Positions 45,830-54,529 of a stretch of DNA of 56,714 nt are shown in pieces. Under the pieces are notes generated by a model. It was not told the origin of the DNA. It did not search any database and was given only the letters and a program-made list of their open reading frames with translations. Position numbers and translations under genes: made by a program. This DNA comes from Candidatus Nomurabacteria bacterium (GTDB taxonomy: Bacteria > Patescibacteriota > Minisyncoccia > Phycocordibacterales > UBA9973), in the NCBI GenBank assembly GCA_020851595.1, contig JADZCK010000019.1, forward strand, positions 1 through 56,714, written 5' to 3'. Within the stretch, counting starts at the first letter, position 1. Every line of letters starts with the position of its first letter.

Positions 45830-46252
45830 TTACAAACCAATCCAAGCTCCGTCATACCCTAAAATTGATAATAATGTTTTAACGATGAGATAACCCGCAA
45901 CAGCAATAATCAGACCAATGACAACACTACTAAAAGTATCCTTTGCTTTTGTTTTAGCCTCCGCCCCAGGAGCAGTCACTATTAAAAACCCAGTATATGT
46001 AAACAAGATAGCGGCAATTGGAATCACCATCTTAAAAAGAAGAAATTTTATTACAGTATCTACTAAAGTCATAAGAGCGGTAAAATCACACTCCCCAGCA
46101 GGAGTGACAGTACCATCAGCAGCCGTTTTCATATTATTACAAGGAATCAGGCTGGTCGCGCCATGCGCAGCATAAAAAGAAGGAATAAACAACATAAAAA
46201 AAATAAAAACAGCGGGCAAGCTTTTGATTATAAAATTTTTTATTTTTTGCAT
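45830..46252 (-). CDS. divergent T4SS-type pilin paralog P6
   Basis: Signal peptide, Cys...Cys segment, TM1, loop APGAEAKTKAKD, TM2. Confidence 0.5.
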   Translation of the reverse strand: MQKIKNFIIKSLPAVFIFFMLFIPSFYAAHGATSLIPCNNMKTAADGTVTPAGECDFTALMTLVDTVIKFLLFKMVIPIAAILFTYTGFLIVTAPGAEAKTKAKDTFSSVVIGLIIAVAGYLIVKTLLSILGYDGAWIGL

Positions 46253-46267
46253 TTTAATTTTGAAATC

Positions 46268-47557
46268 TTATCTTAATAAAAGACCTATTTTTATGCTTGC
46301 GTCGTCTATCGCATCTTTGACTGTCAGATTACCAGAAAGCACCCCGTTTACCATCCCAGCGAAAATACTGCCAGTGTCTTTGGGAGATGGATCTACCCAA
46401 CTTTTAGCGTAGAGAGCAGAATTATAGAAAATAGGAGAATACGCGTCGTTAGGCTTTGAAGCAAGCAAGTCTCTACGAGCTGGAACTAAATTTAATGCAG
46501 CAGCAAACTGCGCAGCAAAACTACCACTTGTCATCAAGTTTGCAGCGACAAAAGCTGTATTTAGATTTTTTGACAAAGACGATATCGCAATTCCTGTCAC
46601 ACGAGAAGTGGTAGCTTTGAAATTAGAATTTTTAATCTGAGGAATACCAGTTACAGAAAAATTCAGATTTGGATTTTTATTCATTAAAACTTTTAATTCA
46701 CTGGAAAAACCAAAATGGAAAGCTAGGTTGTTTGACGAAAAAGCATCTATAGAGTTTGGAAAAGATTTATTCCAAGAATATACAGCACTCTGTGGGTCTG
46801 TAAAATCCGTGTAGAACTGCAAAATAGATGGAAGATTGTAGTTACCCAAAGGTACATTTAAGGTTGAAGAAAATCTGCCTTCTGTTTCTTTTACAATAGG
46901 ATTCCCTGCTTGCAAAAATAGAGTAGCAAGTATGTCTTTTGCATTGGTAACATTTGAAAATTGGCCAAAAGCAACCGCTGGTTTCAATATCTTATTCGCT
47001 TCATCTTTTTTGACAAGTATCGGCATCATATCTATCAAATCATTCCAAGTAGCTGGAGGATAAACCACACCATTTGCATCTAAAATACTTCTGTTGTAAT
47101 ACATCATCAATGGATCTATTGTGATAGGAAAAGCCATTAATCCTTTATTTTTCAAAAAAACCTCACCTGCCCCAGCAAAAACACTCTTAAATGTAGCTAG
47201 AGGGTAACTAGTGTAGGGTATGGTAAAAATTTTATTGGCATAATGATAGGCCAAATTGTCAGGCAAGAAAAAAATATCGGGCCCAGTATTTGTTGCTAAG
47301 GCTTCTAACAAATCCCTATCGAAAGTTTCTGGAGCCTTTTCTACATAATTAACAACAAAAGTAGGATTTGCATCATTAAAATCTTTTATTATAGGAGATA
47401 CGACGGGAGTCGGCATAGTACCCCAAAGTACCACTGTACCAGTACTTCCAGTAGACCCGCTATTACCTATAGGGATAGCGCCAGAAAAAACCAAAAGACC
47501 CAAAATACCAGCAGCTATAAACACAATGAGAATGATAAGTTGAAAATTGCCTTTCAT
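46268..47557 (-). CDS. membrane-anchored extracellular solute-binding protein (ABC SBP family 1-like), orphan
   Basis: N-terminal TM, then an SBP-like pattern (VVLWGTMP..., GPDIFFLP, W..D). No permease or ATPase genes are adjacent. Confidence 0.55.
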   Translation of the reverse strand: MKGNFQLIILIVFIAAGILGLLVFSGAIPIGNSGSTGSTGTVVLWGTMPTPVVSPIIKDFNDANPTFVVNYVEKAPETFDRDLLEALATNTGPDIFFLPDNLAYHYANKIFTIPYTSYPLATFKSVFAGAGEVFLKNKGLMAFPITIDPLMMYYNRSILDANGVVYPPATWNDLIDMMPILVKKDEANKILKPAVAFGQFSNVTNAKDILATLFLQAGNPIVKETEGRFSSTLNVPLGNYNLPSILQFYTDFTDPQSAVYSWNKSFPNSIDAFSSNNLAFHFGFSSELKVLMNKNPNLNFSVTGIPQIKNSNFKATTSRVTGIAISSLSKNLNTAFVAANLMTSGSFAAQFAAALNLVPARRDLLASKPNDAYSPIFYNSALYAKSWVDPSPKDTGSIFAGMVNGVLSGNLTVKDAIDDASIKIGLLLR

Positions 47558-47563
47558 ATTTTA

Positions 47564-48079
47564 TTAAATCTTCCTTAATATAATACCATAATTGTAATCT
47601 CCTGTGTTAATTTCTCTTTCCACAGCAAAACCTTTTTTCTCAAACATCTCACAAGCTTTTTGTTTGGGCACTATATTACTCCCCTTCATCACGGGAGAAG
47701 GAAGCCAGTCTACTAAAAGCACTTTACCGTTTTGTTTTAAAATTCTTTTTATTTCCAAAATAAAATTCTCTCTATCTTCAACCTGAAAAAGTATATTTGA
47801 AGCGATAACAACATCTACAACAGAGTCGTTTAGTTTTGTACCTCCAATCTTTTCAACATTTCCCCAAATTATTTCTATATTATTTAAATGCGCGTCTTTT
47901 ACTTTATTTTTTATTGTTTCAAGAAAATCTTTTTGCACTTCTATCGCATATACTTTTCCTTTGGGCACAAGAGTACCAGAAATGAGAGAATAATAACCTG
48001 TCCCCGCTCCCAAATCTGCCACTATATTATCTTCTCTTAAACCAAGAGCTTTTAAATTTTTTAATGGGTCGGTGAACAT
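47564..48079 (-). CDS. class I SAM-dependent methyltransferase
   Basis: Motif I VADLGAGTGYYS plus post-I and motif II spacing. Start set at the ATG at 48079, with TATAAT 6 nt upstream (the track uses a TTG at 48097). Confidence 0.75.
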   Translation of the reverse strand: MFTDPLKNLKALGLREDNIVADLGAGTGYYSLISGTLVPKGKVYAIEVQKDFLETIKNKVKDAHLNNIEIIWGNVEKIGGTKLNDSVVDVVIASNILFQVEDRENFILEIKRILKQNGKVLLVDWLPSPVMKGSNIVPKQKACEMFEKKGFAVEREINTGDYNYGIILRKI

Positions 48080-48105
48080 GAATACATTATAATACAAAAC
48101 AATAT

Positions 48106-48132
48106 AAAAATCCCGCTTCGTGCGGGATTTTT
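48106..48132 (-). terminator. rho-independent terminator (bidirectional form)
   Basis: aaaaatcccgc ttcgt gcgggattttt. Confidence 0.8.
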
Positions 48133-48150
48133 ATATTGTTACTTCATTGA

Positions 48151-49074
48151 CTATTGGATATCAAACGACTGAGTATCACCTGAAAAAGAAGTAACTCCAC
48201 ATTTTTTTGCTTCAATTTGCCATGTTGCCCATGCAGATTTTACGGTATTGAGACGTGCGTCACGAGCTGTTTTTTGTGTTGTTTTAAAAGTATTCCAAGC
48301 AGCTTTTATGGCTGCATCTCTAAGTTCAGGCCTCCCCCACCATGCCCCAGCGAGAGCATTTTTTCTTGCTGAAAAAGCAGTGGTCATTGTTGATGTAAAT
48401 GTATTTAAAGCATTAGCTACTGTAGTTTCTCTTATTCCTAGAGCTATATCTACACAACCAGAGTTAACATTTACTGTAATTGGTAAATCAACCTTCACTT
48501 TAGCCACTTTTATTGTGACTTTTTTATCACTTGATTTAAGAATTGTCTTGTCTTTTATGCTTGTTGTAATACCTTTAGCTGCAAAATTAGCAAACGCAAC
48601 TTCTTCAATAATTGGAGCTCCTTTACCATCTGTCGTGTTAGATTTTGTTAATCTAACAACTAAACCAGTTAAGTCTAAAGAATCACCAAAATAATAAACT
48701 GTTTTTGGAGACATCAACACTGTTATACTAGTTATTGTAGGAATTGGATTAACTGTGATTAATTGAGTAGCTGTTTTATCACCAGCTTTTATTATTAATT
48801 TTAAAGCACCAACTTTTCCAAGAATAGAACCATTCTTCATGTTTATAGTAATTCCCTTGGATGCAAAATCCGTAAATGTAATATATTCTGCTACTGCATT
48901 AGATTTACTTATTTTAACGACTAAACCAGTTAAATTTAAAGATTCGCCTGCCGTATAAATCGTTTTTGTTGGTGGTGTCGTAATCACTAAATCAGTCACT
49001 ATGGTATCAGCATAAACAAACGAACCAAACATGAACAGAACTGCAAATAAACTCAATAGTAATATTTTTTTCAT
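48151..49074 (-). CDS. secreted protein with two Big_3-like Ig repeats and a helical Cys-bounded C-terminal domain
   Basis: Signal peptide, then repeats PPTKTIYTAGESLNLTGLVVKISKSN and SPKTVYYFGDSLDLTGLVVRLTKSN. Confidence 0.55.
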   Translation of the reverse strand: MKKILLLSLFAVLFMFGSFVYADTIVTDLVITTPPTKTIYTAGESLNLTGLVVKISKSNAVAEYITFTDFASKGITINMKNGSILGKVGALKLIIKAGDKTATQLITVNPIPTITSITVLMSPKTVYYFGDSLDLTGLVVRLTKSNTTDGKGAPIIEEVAFANFAAKGITTSIKDKTILKSSDKKVTIKVAKVKVDLPITVNVNSGCVDIALGIRETTVANALNTFTSTMTTAFSARKNALAGAWWGRPELRDAAIKAAWNTFKTTQKTARDARLNTVKSAWATWQIEAKKCGVTSFSGDTQSFDIQ

Positions 49075-49163
49075 TTTTTAACTTAATAATTAATTAAATT
49101 TATAAATTTAAACTACCAAAAATTCAACCGACCCATGTCGATATTATAACATAAAAATCTTGT

Positions 49164-51626
49164 TTAGATACAGGCAAGCGATGCAATTCCGTCACCAGAA
49201 CGAAGTCTCATAATAGTCACACCTTGAGTTTGCCTTCCGAGAGCTGATATATCTGAAAGCGCAGTGCGTATGACTTGTCCTTTTTTGGACATAGCGATCA
49301 ATTCTTGTTCTTCTCCATTCAAAACTTTTGCAACGATTAATTTTCCTGTTTTGGAAGTCACTTTTGCTGTCTTCACGCCAGAACCTCCACGCTTTTGAAC
49401 TTTGTATTCTTTCAAACTCGTCTTTTTACCAAAACCATTTGCGCTCATTGTCAAAAACGCGCCTTTTTCTGTAGCTTTCTTTATAACGTCAACGCCGATT
49501 ACTTCATCATTTTTCCCAAGCCTGATCCCACTCACACCTCCAGCCGTTCTACCCATCTCACGAACGTCAGACTCTTTGAACCTTATAGATTGACCTTCTG
49601 CTGTAGCTATCATAACTTCATCGCCTTTTTCTACTGACAAAGCAGAAATCAACTGATCATCTTTATCCAAGCGAATAGCGATAATCCCACTTCTCCTAAC
49701 ATCTTTGAAACTTTCAGAAGACATTTTCTTAGCTGTACCGTTTTTTGTAACTAACATAAGCGAAGAAGAAGTTTTGGCTAAATCTTTTGGCATGGCAAGA
49801 ATAGAATTTACTTTTTCCTCTCCTCCCAACGCCAAGAAATTCATAATAGATTTACCTCGTGTAGCTCTACGCCCTTCTGGAATATCATACATTCTCATTT
49901 GATAAACTTTTCCAAGATTGGTAAAGAAAAGCAAATTACTGTGTGTAGATCCAGAGACAAGCATAGTCACAAAATCTTCTTCCTTTGTTTCAAGATCAAT
50001 AACCCCGACTCCACCTCTTTTTTGAGCATGATACTCAGAGGGATCCGTACATTTTACATACCCACCAGCCGTCAATACAAGGATAGTTTCCTTTTCTGGA
50101 ACCAAATCTTCGTCAGAAATTTCTTTTACTCCACCTTTTATTATTTTGGTTCTACGTTCATCTGCATATTTAGCACGAATGTCTTGCAATTCTGTAGCAA
50201 TAACTTTCAAAATTTTCTTTGGACTTGCAAGCAATTCTTTCATTTCTGCTATAAATTTTTGCTTCTCTGCAAGTTCATCTTCTACGGCCTTTCTTTCAAG
50301 ACCAGCAAGCTTTGCAAGCTTCATTTCCAATATCGCTGTCGCCTGCAAATCTGAAAACTTAAATTCTTTCATCAAGTTTACTTTTGCAATTTGTGAAGTT
50401 TTAGAACCACGAATGACCGTGATGACTCTGTCTATTTTATCTAGGGCTTTTTTCAAACCAAGGAGTATGTGTTCACGCTCTTCTGCTTTGCGTAAATCAT
50501 ACATACTTCGCCTTTTAACGACTTCTTTTCTGTGCGCGACAAATTCATCAAGGATAGATTTAAGAGATAATGTCTGAGGAACCCCATCCACAAGCGCAAC
50601 CATATTGAAATTGAAATTTGATTCTAATTGAGTATTTTTGTAAATATAATTTAAAACTTTTTCTGGGTGTGCGCTAGACTTTAAATCAATAACTATTCTT
50701 ATATCTTTGGCAGATTCATCACGCAAGCCTTTTATCCCTTCGAGTTTTTTCTCTTGCACAAGTTCTGCAATACTAACTATTAAATTTGATTTGTTTACTC
50801 TGAAAGGCAAAGAAGTTATAATAATAGAAAAGTTACCGTCTTTTTGCTCAACTATTTCCGCTTCACCTCTACATACCACACCACCTCGTCCAGAAGAATA
50901 AGCATGGAGCATATCTTTTGAACCAAAAGCGATACCACCTGTCGGAAAATCTGGACCTTTTATAAATTGCATCAGGTCCTCAGTGGTAGCATTTTCATTT
51001 TCAATTAAATAATTTGTCGCATCCAAAACTTCTGCCAAGTTATGAGAAGGAATATTGGTTGCCATACCAACAGCAATACCCAAGGTTCCGTTCAAAAGAA
51101 GAGCTGGAACAGCCGAAGGAAAAACTACTGGTTCTTTGCGTGTTTGATCATAGTTTGGACGAAAATCAACAGTTTCTTTTTCCAAATCCCGTAAAAGTTC
51201 GTTTGAAATTTTCGACATCTTTGCCTCGGTATAACGCATAGCAGCAGCGTTATCTCCATCTATAGAACCAAAGTTTCCTTGTCCTAACACAAGAGGATAA
51301 CGATAAGAGAATTCTTGCGCCATACCTACCATAGAATCATATACAGCAGTATCGCCATGCGGATGATATTTACCGAGCACATCTCCGACCACCAATGCAG
51401 ATTTTCGAAAACGTGAAGAAGAAGTAAGCCCGAGCTCATTCATTGCAAAAAGGATTCTTCTGTGCACAGGTTTCAAGCCGTCTCTGACGTCCGGCAAAGC
51501 ACGCGAAGTGATAACCGACATAGAATATGCCAAATAAGACTCCTTCATTTCTCCCACAATATCAACCGGCAATATCGCATCACTGCGCACTTCGATATTT
51601 GATTCTTCTTCTCTTTTTTTCGCCAT
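49164..51626 (-). CDS. gyrA: DNA gyrase subunit A
   Basis: [18 protein letters not shown] (catalytic Tyr), C-terminal beta-pinwheel repeats. Confidence 0.96.
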   Translation of the reverse strand: MAKKREEESNIEVRSDAILPVDIVGEMKESYLAYSMSVITSRALPDVRDGLKPVHRRILFAMNELGLTSSSRFRKSALVVGDVLGKYHPHGDTAVYDSMVGMAQEFSYRYPLVLGQGNFGSIDGDNAAAMRYTEAKMSKISNELLRDLEKETVDFRPNYDQTRKEPVVFPSAVPALLLNGTLGIAVGMATNIPSHNLAEVLDATNYLIENENATTEDLMQFIKGPDFPTGGIAFGSKDMLHAYSSGRGGVVCRGEAEIVEQKDGNFSIIITSLPFRVNKSNLIVSIAELVQEKKLEGIKGLRDESAKDIRIVIDLKSSAHPEKVLNYIYKNTQLESNFNFNMVALVDGVPQTLSLKSILDEFVAHRKEVVKRRSMYDLRKAEEREHILLGLKKALDKIDRVITVIRGSKTSQIAKVNLMKEFKFSDLQATAILEMKLAKLAGLERKAVEDELAEKQKFIAEMKELLASPKKILKVIATELQDIRAKYADERRTKIIKGGVKEISDEDLVPEKETILVLTAGGYVKCTDPSEYHAQKRGGVGVIDLETKEEDFVTMLVSGSTHSNLLFFTNLGKVYQMRMYDIPEGRRATRGKSIMNFLALGGEEKVNSILAMPKDLAKTSSSLMLVTKNGTAKKMSSESFKDVRRSGIIAIRLDKDDQLISALSVEKGDEVMIATAEGQSIRFKESDVREMGRTAGGVSGIRLGKNDEVIGVDVIKKATEKGAFLTMSANGFGKKTSLKEYKVQKRGGSGVKTAKVTSKTGKLIVAKVLNGEEQELIAMSKKGQVIRTALSDISALGRQTQGVTIMRLRSGDGIASLACI

Positions 51627-51636
51627 AAAATAAAAT

Positions 51637-51882
51637 CTATTTCTTGTTTAAATCTGTATCTGTAATACTATCATATCCTCCGATTAAATTCGCCTTTAAT
51701 GCTGAAAGTGGTTTCAGATCTCTGTCTATTTTTGCTTGAGTTTCAGTGCTATTCAAATTTGTACCCAAAGAATAAATCCAAAGAGCGCCCAAAACGACAG
51801 CACACACCATAATACTAACATGTAGTATGTGTCTTTTTACTTGTTCTGGTTGTTTTCTTAAATGATGAATTATTTGTCTCAT
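51637..51882 (-). CDS. small single-pass membrane protein
   Basis: 81 aa with one TM ([21 protein letters not shown]). There is a 10-nt gap upstream of gyrA. Confidence 0.4.
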   Translation of the reverse strand: MRQIIHHLRKQPEQVKRHILHVSIMVCAVVLGALWIYSLGTNLNSTETQAKIDRDLKPLSALKANLIGGYDSITDTDLNKK

Positions 51883-51931
51883 AGTTTTAAATTATTTTAA
51901 TAATACATATTTTTTTATTCTTTGTTATTTT

Positions 51932-52558
51932 TTACACAGGCTTAAGTACTATCACATCACCTTCTTTTCCATCTAAATCTTTTCTCTTTAATGTAAGCTT
52001 ATCTACAACCTCCGCATTGTCTTCCCCCATTTCTTTTAAGAAAGCCTTTAGGGTGGTACTATCGTAATCCATGGGAATTACTAATCCAGGTTCAAGAGAT
52101 GAGGCAAATTTAGCAGCTGTTTTTGCATCAAGCAAACCTTTGTCGCCTACAGGAATAAATAAAATATCTGGACTATTTATGGCTTCGTGTGATTCTTTTG
52201 AAAGTTCAATATTTGACAAAGCACCGAGAAACGCAATATTTATACCATCCACCGAAAGTAGATAAATTGTATTTATATATTTTTTTGAATCAATAACCGA
52301 TTCAGATAAAACTCCTTTTATAAAAATTTCTTTTACTTCGTAATCCCCAGGACCATTTATAATAAATGGTTCACGCTCTCCATGAGATAACTGCTCTATA
52401 CCATTGTAATCTGGATGATTTGTGGTTTGTAAAGCAATATCTGCTCCAAAATGAGTCGAGATATCTGTTTTAGAATTTTTACTGACAGGGTTAAAAGCAA
52501 GGACCATATCCCCTTGCTGAATCTTAAAAAATTGCTTTCCAAAATATGTGATTATCAT
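51932..52558 (-). CDS. MBL-fold (beta-lactamase-like) protein with degenerate metal motif
   Basis: The UPF0173-like N-terminus (MIITYFGKQFFKIQ...) and overall length fit. The HxHxDH motif is replaced by TNHPDY. Confidence 0.45.
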   Translation of the reverse strand: MIITYFGKQFFKIQQGDMVLAFNPVSKNSKTDISTHFGADIALQTTNHPDYNGIEQLSHGEREPFIINGPGDYEVKEIFIKGVLSESVIDSKKYINTIYLLSVDGINIAFLGALSNIELSKESHEAINSPDILFIPVGDKGLLDAKTAAKFASSLEPGLVIPMDYDSTTLKAFLKEMGEDNAEVVDKLTLKRKDLDGKEGDVIVLKPV

Positions 52559-52674
52559 TCTGTATATTATAGCAAAATTTATGAAAAAAAGAAACAGCTT
52601 TTGTTTTTTTCTTTGCGTAAAGAAAAAATTTTATATAGAATATTATCTAGATTTGAACAAAAAAGGAGGCTCAT

Positions 52675-53058
52675 ATGAGCGACAAAAAGAAAAAACGGGA
52701 AGACATACTCATCATGGAAGGATCACCCTGTGAGTACGACTTATATCCTGACGGACCTCGCACATTAGAAGAAGCGGTAAAAATGAATGACCAAGTTTGC
52801 CCACACTACAAAGAATGCAAATCGACAGAACACTCCGGATACAGGGGGCAAAGTTGCATAATGTTGCTCGCGACTTGCCTTGCAAGAGAAAGACTCAATG
52901 GGAAAACGGAAAAATTCAAAACGCTGATCGATGCAATAAACCCACCAAATGGTTTTGTATGGTCGGAAGACCGCAAGACATTTGTGGTAATTGCGGACAA
53001 AAAAAGAGCACGTGAGCTAATCGACAAATTTGTAGACCAACTCACCGGTAAGTCCTAG
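52675..53058 (+). CDS. hypothetical Cys-rich cytoplasmic protein (127 aa), GC-elevated and SD-bearing
   Basis: AGGAGG lies 6 nt from the ATG. Hand count is 168/384 G+C (about 44%). A GC-rich terminator follows. No family recognised. Confidence 0.55.
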   Translation: MSDKKKKREDILIMEGSPCEYDLYPDGPRTLEEAVKMNDQVCPHYKECKSTEHSGYRGQSCIMLLATCLARERLNGKTEKFKTLIDAINPPNGFVWSEDRKTFVVIADKKRARELIDKFVDQLTGKS

Positions 53059-53065
53059 CTATCTT

Positions 53066-53090
53066 GGGCGCCCCGATGGGACGCCCTTTT
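53066..53090 (+). terminator. GC-rich rho-independent terminator
   Basis: gggcgccc cgat gggacgccc tttt. Confidence 0.7.
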
Positions 53091-53208
53091 CAATCCCCCT
53101 TGCTTTTTTATGTATTTGTAGTAGTGTAAACATACAATTTAAATTTTATTAAAAGCAGGATTTAGGGTAACCTACTCTGGCAATTGCCACAGTAAACCTA
53201 GACCTTAT

Positions 53209-53236
53209 GTCCGCTTAAATGCGGACGTTTTTGTTT
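53209..53236 (+). terminator. terminator-like hairpin 14 nt upstream of the rpsA start
   Basis: gtccgc ttaaat gcggac gtttttgttt. Confidence 0.55.
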
Positions 53237-53249
53237 AAGAATTATTATT

Positions 53250-54326
53250 ATGGAAAAAGAAGAAATAAAAGAAAATTTAGTGCTTAGCTCTATCACAGAC
53301 CGAAGCGTAAATAAACCAGAAGTAGATGCCTTAGTAGAAGGCCCTGTTATTTTGGTTAAGAAATCATCTGTATATGTTGATTTGGCGCCTTTCGGTACAG
53401 GTATTATTTATGGACGAGAATTTATTAATGCAAAAGATGTCATTAATAAAATAAACCTTGGAGACATAATAAAGGCCAAGATAGTAGAAGCAGAAAATGA
53501 AGATGGTTATATAGAATTATCTTTAAAAGAAGCAAAGCAAGCCCTTACCTGGAGTGAAGCAGAAAAAGCTATAAAAGCGAAAACAACTTTCAATTTGGAA
53601 GTAAAAGACGCGAACAAGGGTGGTTTGATATTAGAATGGCAAGGAATACAAGGGTTTTTGCCTGCTTCTCAACTAAAAGCAGACCATTACCCCCGTGTTC
53701 TAGATTCAGATAAAGATAAAATATTAAAAGAATTAAAGAAATTAGTCGGCCAAAATATTTCTGTAATGATTATCTCTACTCTTCCTAAAGAAGGAAAGCT
53801 GATATTCTCAGAAAAAGACAACAACCCAGAAGAAAAGAAAGAAATATTGAGCAAATACACTGTAGGCGATAGTCTGGATTGTACAGTTGCTGGCATCGTC
53901 GATTTCGGAGTATTTTTGAAATTAGAAGATAGATTGGAAGGCCTTGTACACATATCTGAACTTGATTGGGGCCTTGTAGAAGATCCAAGAAATCTTTTTA
54001 AAGTTGGAGATAAAGTGAAGGCTAAAGTTATCGAAATAAAAGATGGAAAAGTATCTCTTTCTCTTAAAGCACTCAAGGAAAATCCTTGGAAGGAATTTGA
54101 AGGAAAACTCAAGAAAGGAGATATCATCAAAGGAGTTGTTATTAAATACAACAAACACGGCGCACTTGTATCTATCAAAGAAGGAGTAGCTGGCCTTGTA
54201 CACAATTCCACCTTCCCTTCTGAAGCCAAACTTCGCGAAAAACTAGAACTTGGAAAGAATTACAATTTCCAAATCACCTTATTTGAACCAAAAGACCAAA
54301 AAATGACCTTAGTTTACCTAGAATAA
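53250..54326 (+). CDS. rpsA: 30S ribosomal protein S1 (four S1 domains)
   Basis: Repeated S1 OB-fold motifs (G.I..A.V..., GFLP.SQL, GLVHISEL, GLVH.S). Confidence 0.8.
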   Translation: MEKEEIKENLVLSSITDRSVNKPEVDALVEGPVILVKKSSVYVDLAPFGTGIIYGREFINAKDVINKINLGDIIKAKIVEAENEDGYIELSLKEAKQALTWSEAEKAIKAKTTFNLEVKDANKGGLILEWQGIQGFLPASQLKADHYPRVLDSDKDKILKELKKLVGQNISVMIISTLPKEGKLIFSEKDNNPEEKKEILSKYTVGDSLDCTVAGIVDFGVFLKLEDRLEGLVHISELDWGLVEDPRNLFKVGDKVKAKVIEIKDGKVSLSLKALKENPWKEFEGKLKKGDIIKGVVIKYNKHGALVSIKEGVAGLVHNSTFPSEAKLREKLELGKNYNFQITLFEPKDQKMTLVYLE

Positions 54327-54344
54327 AGTTTTCCACTCGTATTC

Positions 54345-54374
54345 TTGTCTTGTTTTATTTATAAATGATATAAT
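54345..54374 (+). promoter_or_regulatory. strong promoter TTGTCT-18-TGaTATAAT
   Basis: ttgtct at 54345-54350, tg at 54366-54367, tataat at 54369-54374. Confidence 0.6.
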
Positions 54375-54451
54375 GACATGTAATAGTCGTTTTATTAGTG
54401 TTATTTTATAAAACAATTTTATGGTAGGAGGACACTAAGAATCAAAACAAT

Positions 54452-54507
54452 AAAACCAAAAGAATTTTTTAAGTAAAATTAGATATTCTTTTGGTTTTTT
54501 GTTTTTT
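54452..54507 (+). terminator. rho-independent terminator about 75 nt downstream of that promoter and 23 nt upstream of the ATP-grasp ATG
   Basis: aaaaccaaaagaat (54452-54465) pairs with attcttttggtttt (54485-54498), followed by ttgtttttt. Confidence 0.65.
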
Positions 54508-54529
54508 AAATAGAAAAATATATATTCAT

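Noticed and set aside
53100-53236. Whether the rpsA-upstream spacer encodes SRP (4.5S) or 6S RNA.
   Set aside because: There is no match to the conserved SRP domain IV motif (GGAAGCAGCC ... tetraloop) and no long imperfect 6S-like hairpin. It is kept only as an unclassified structured element.
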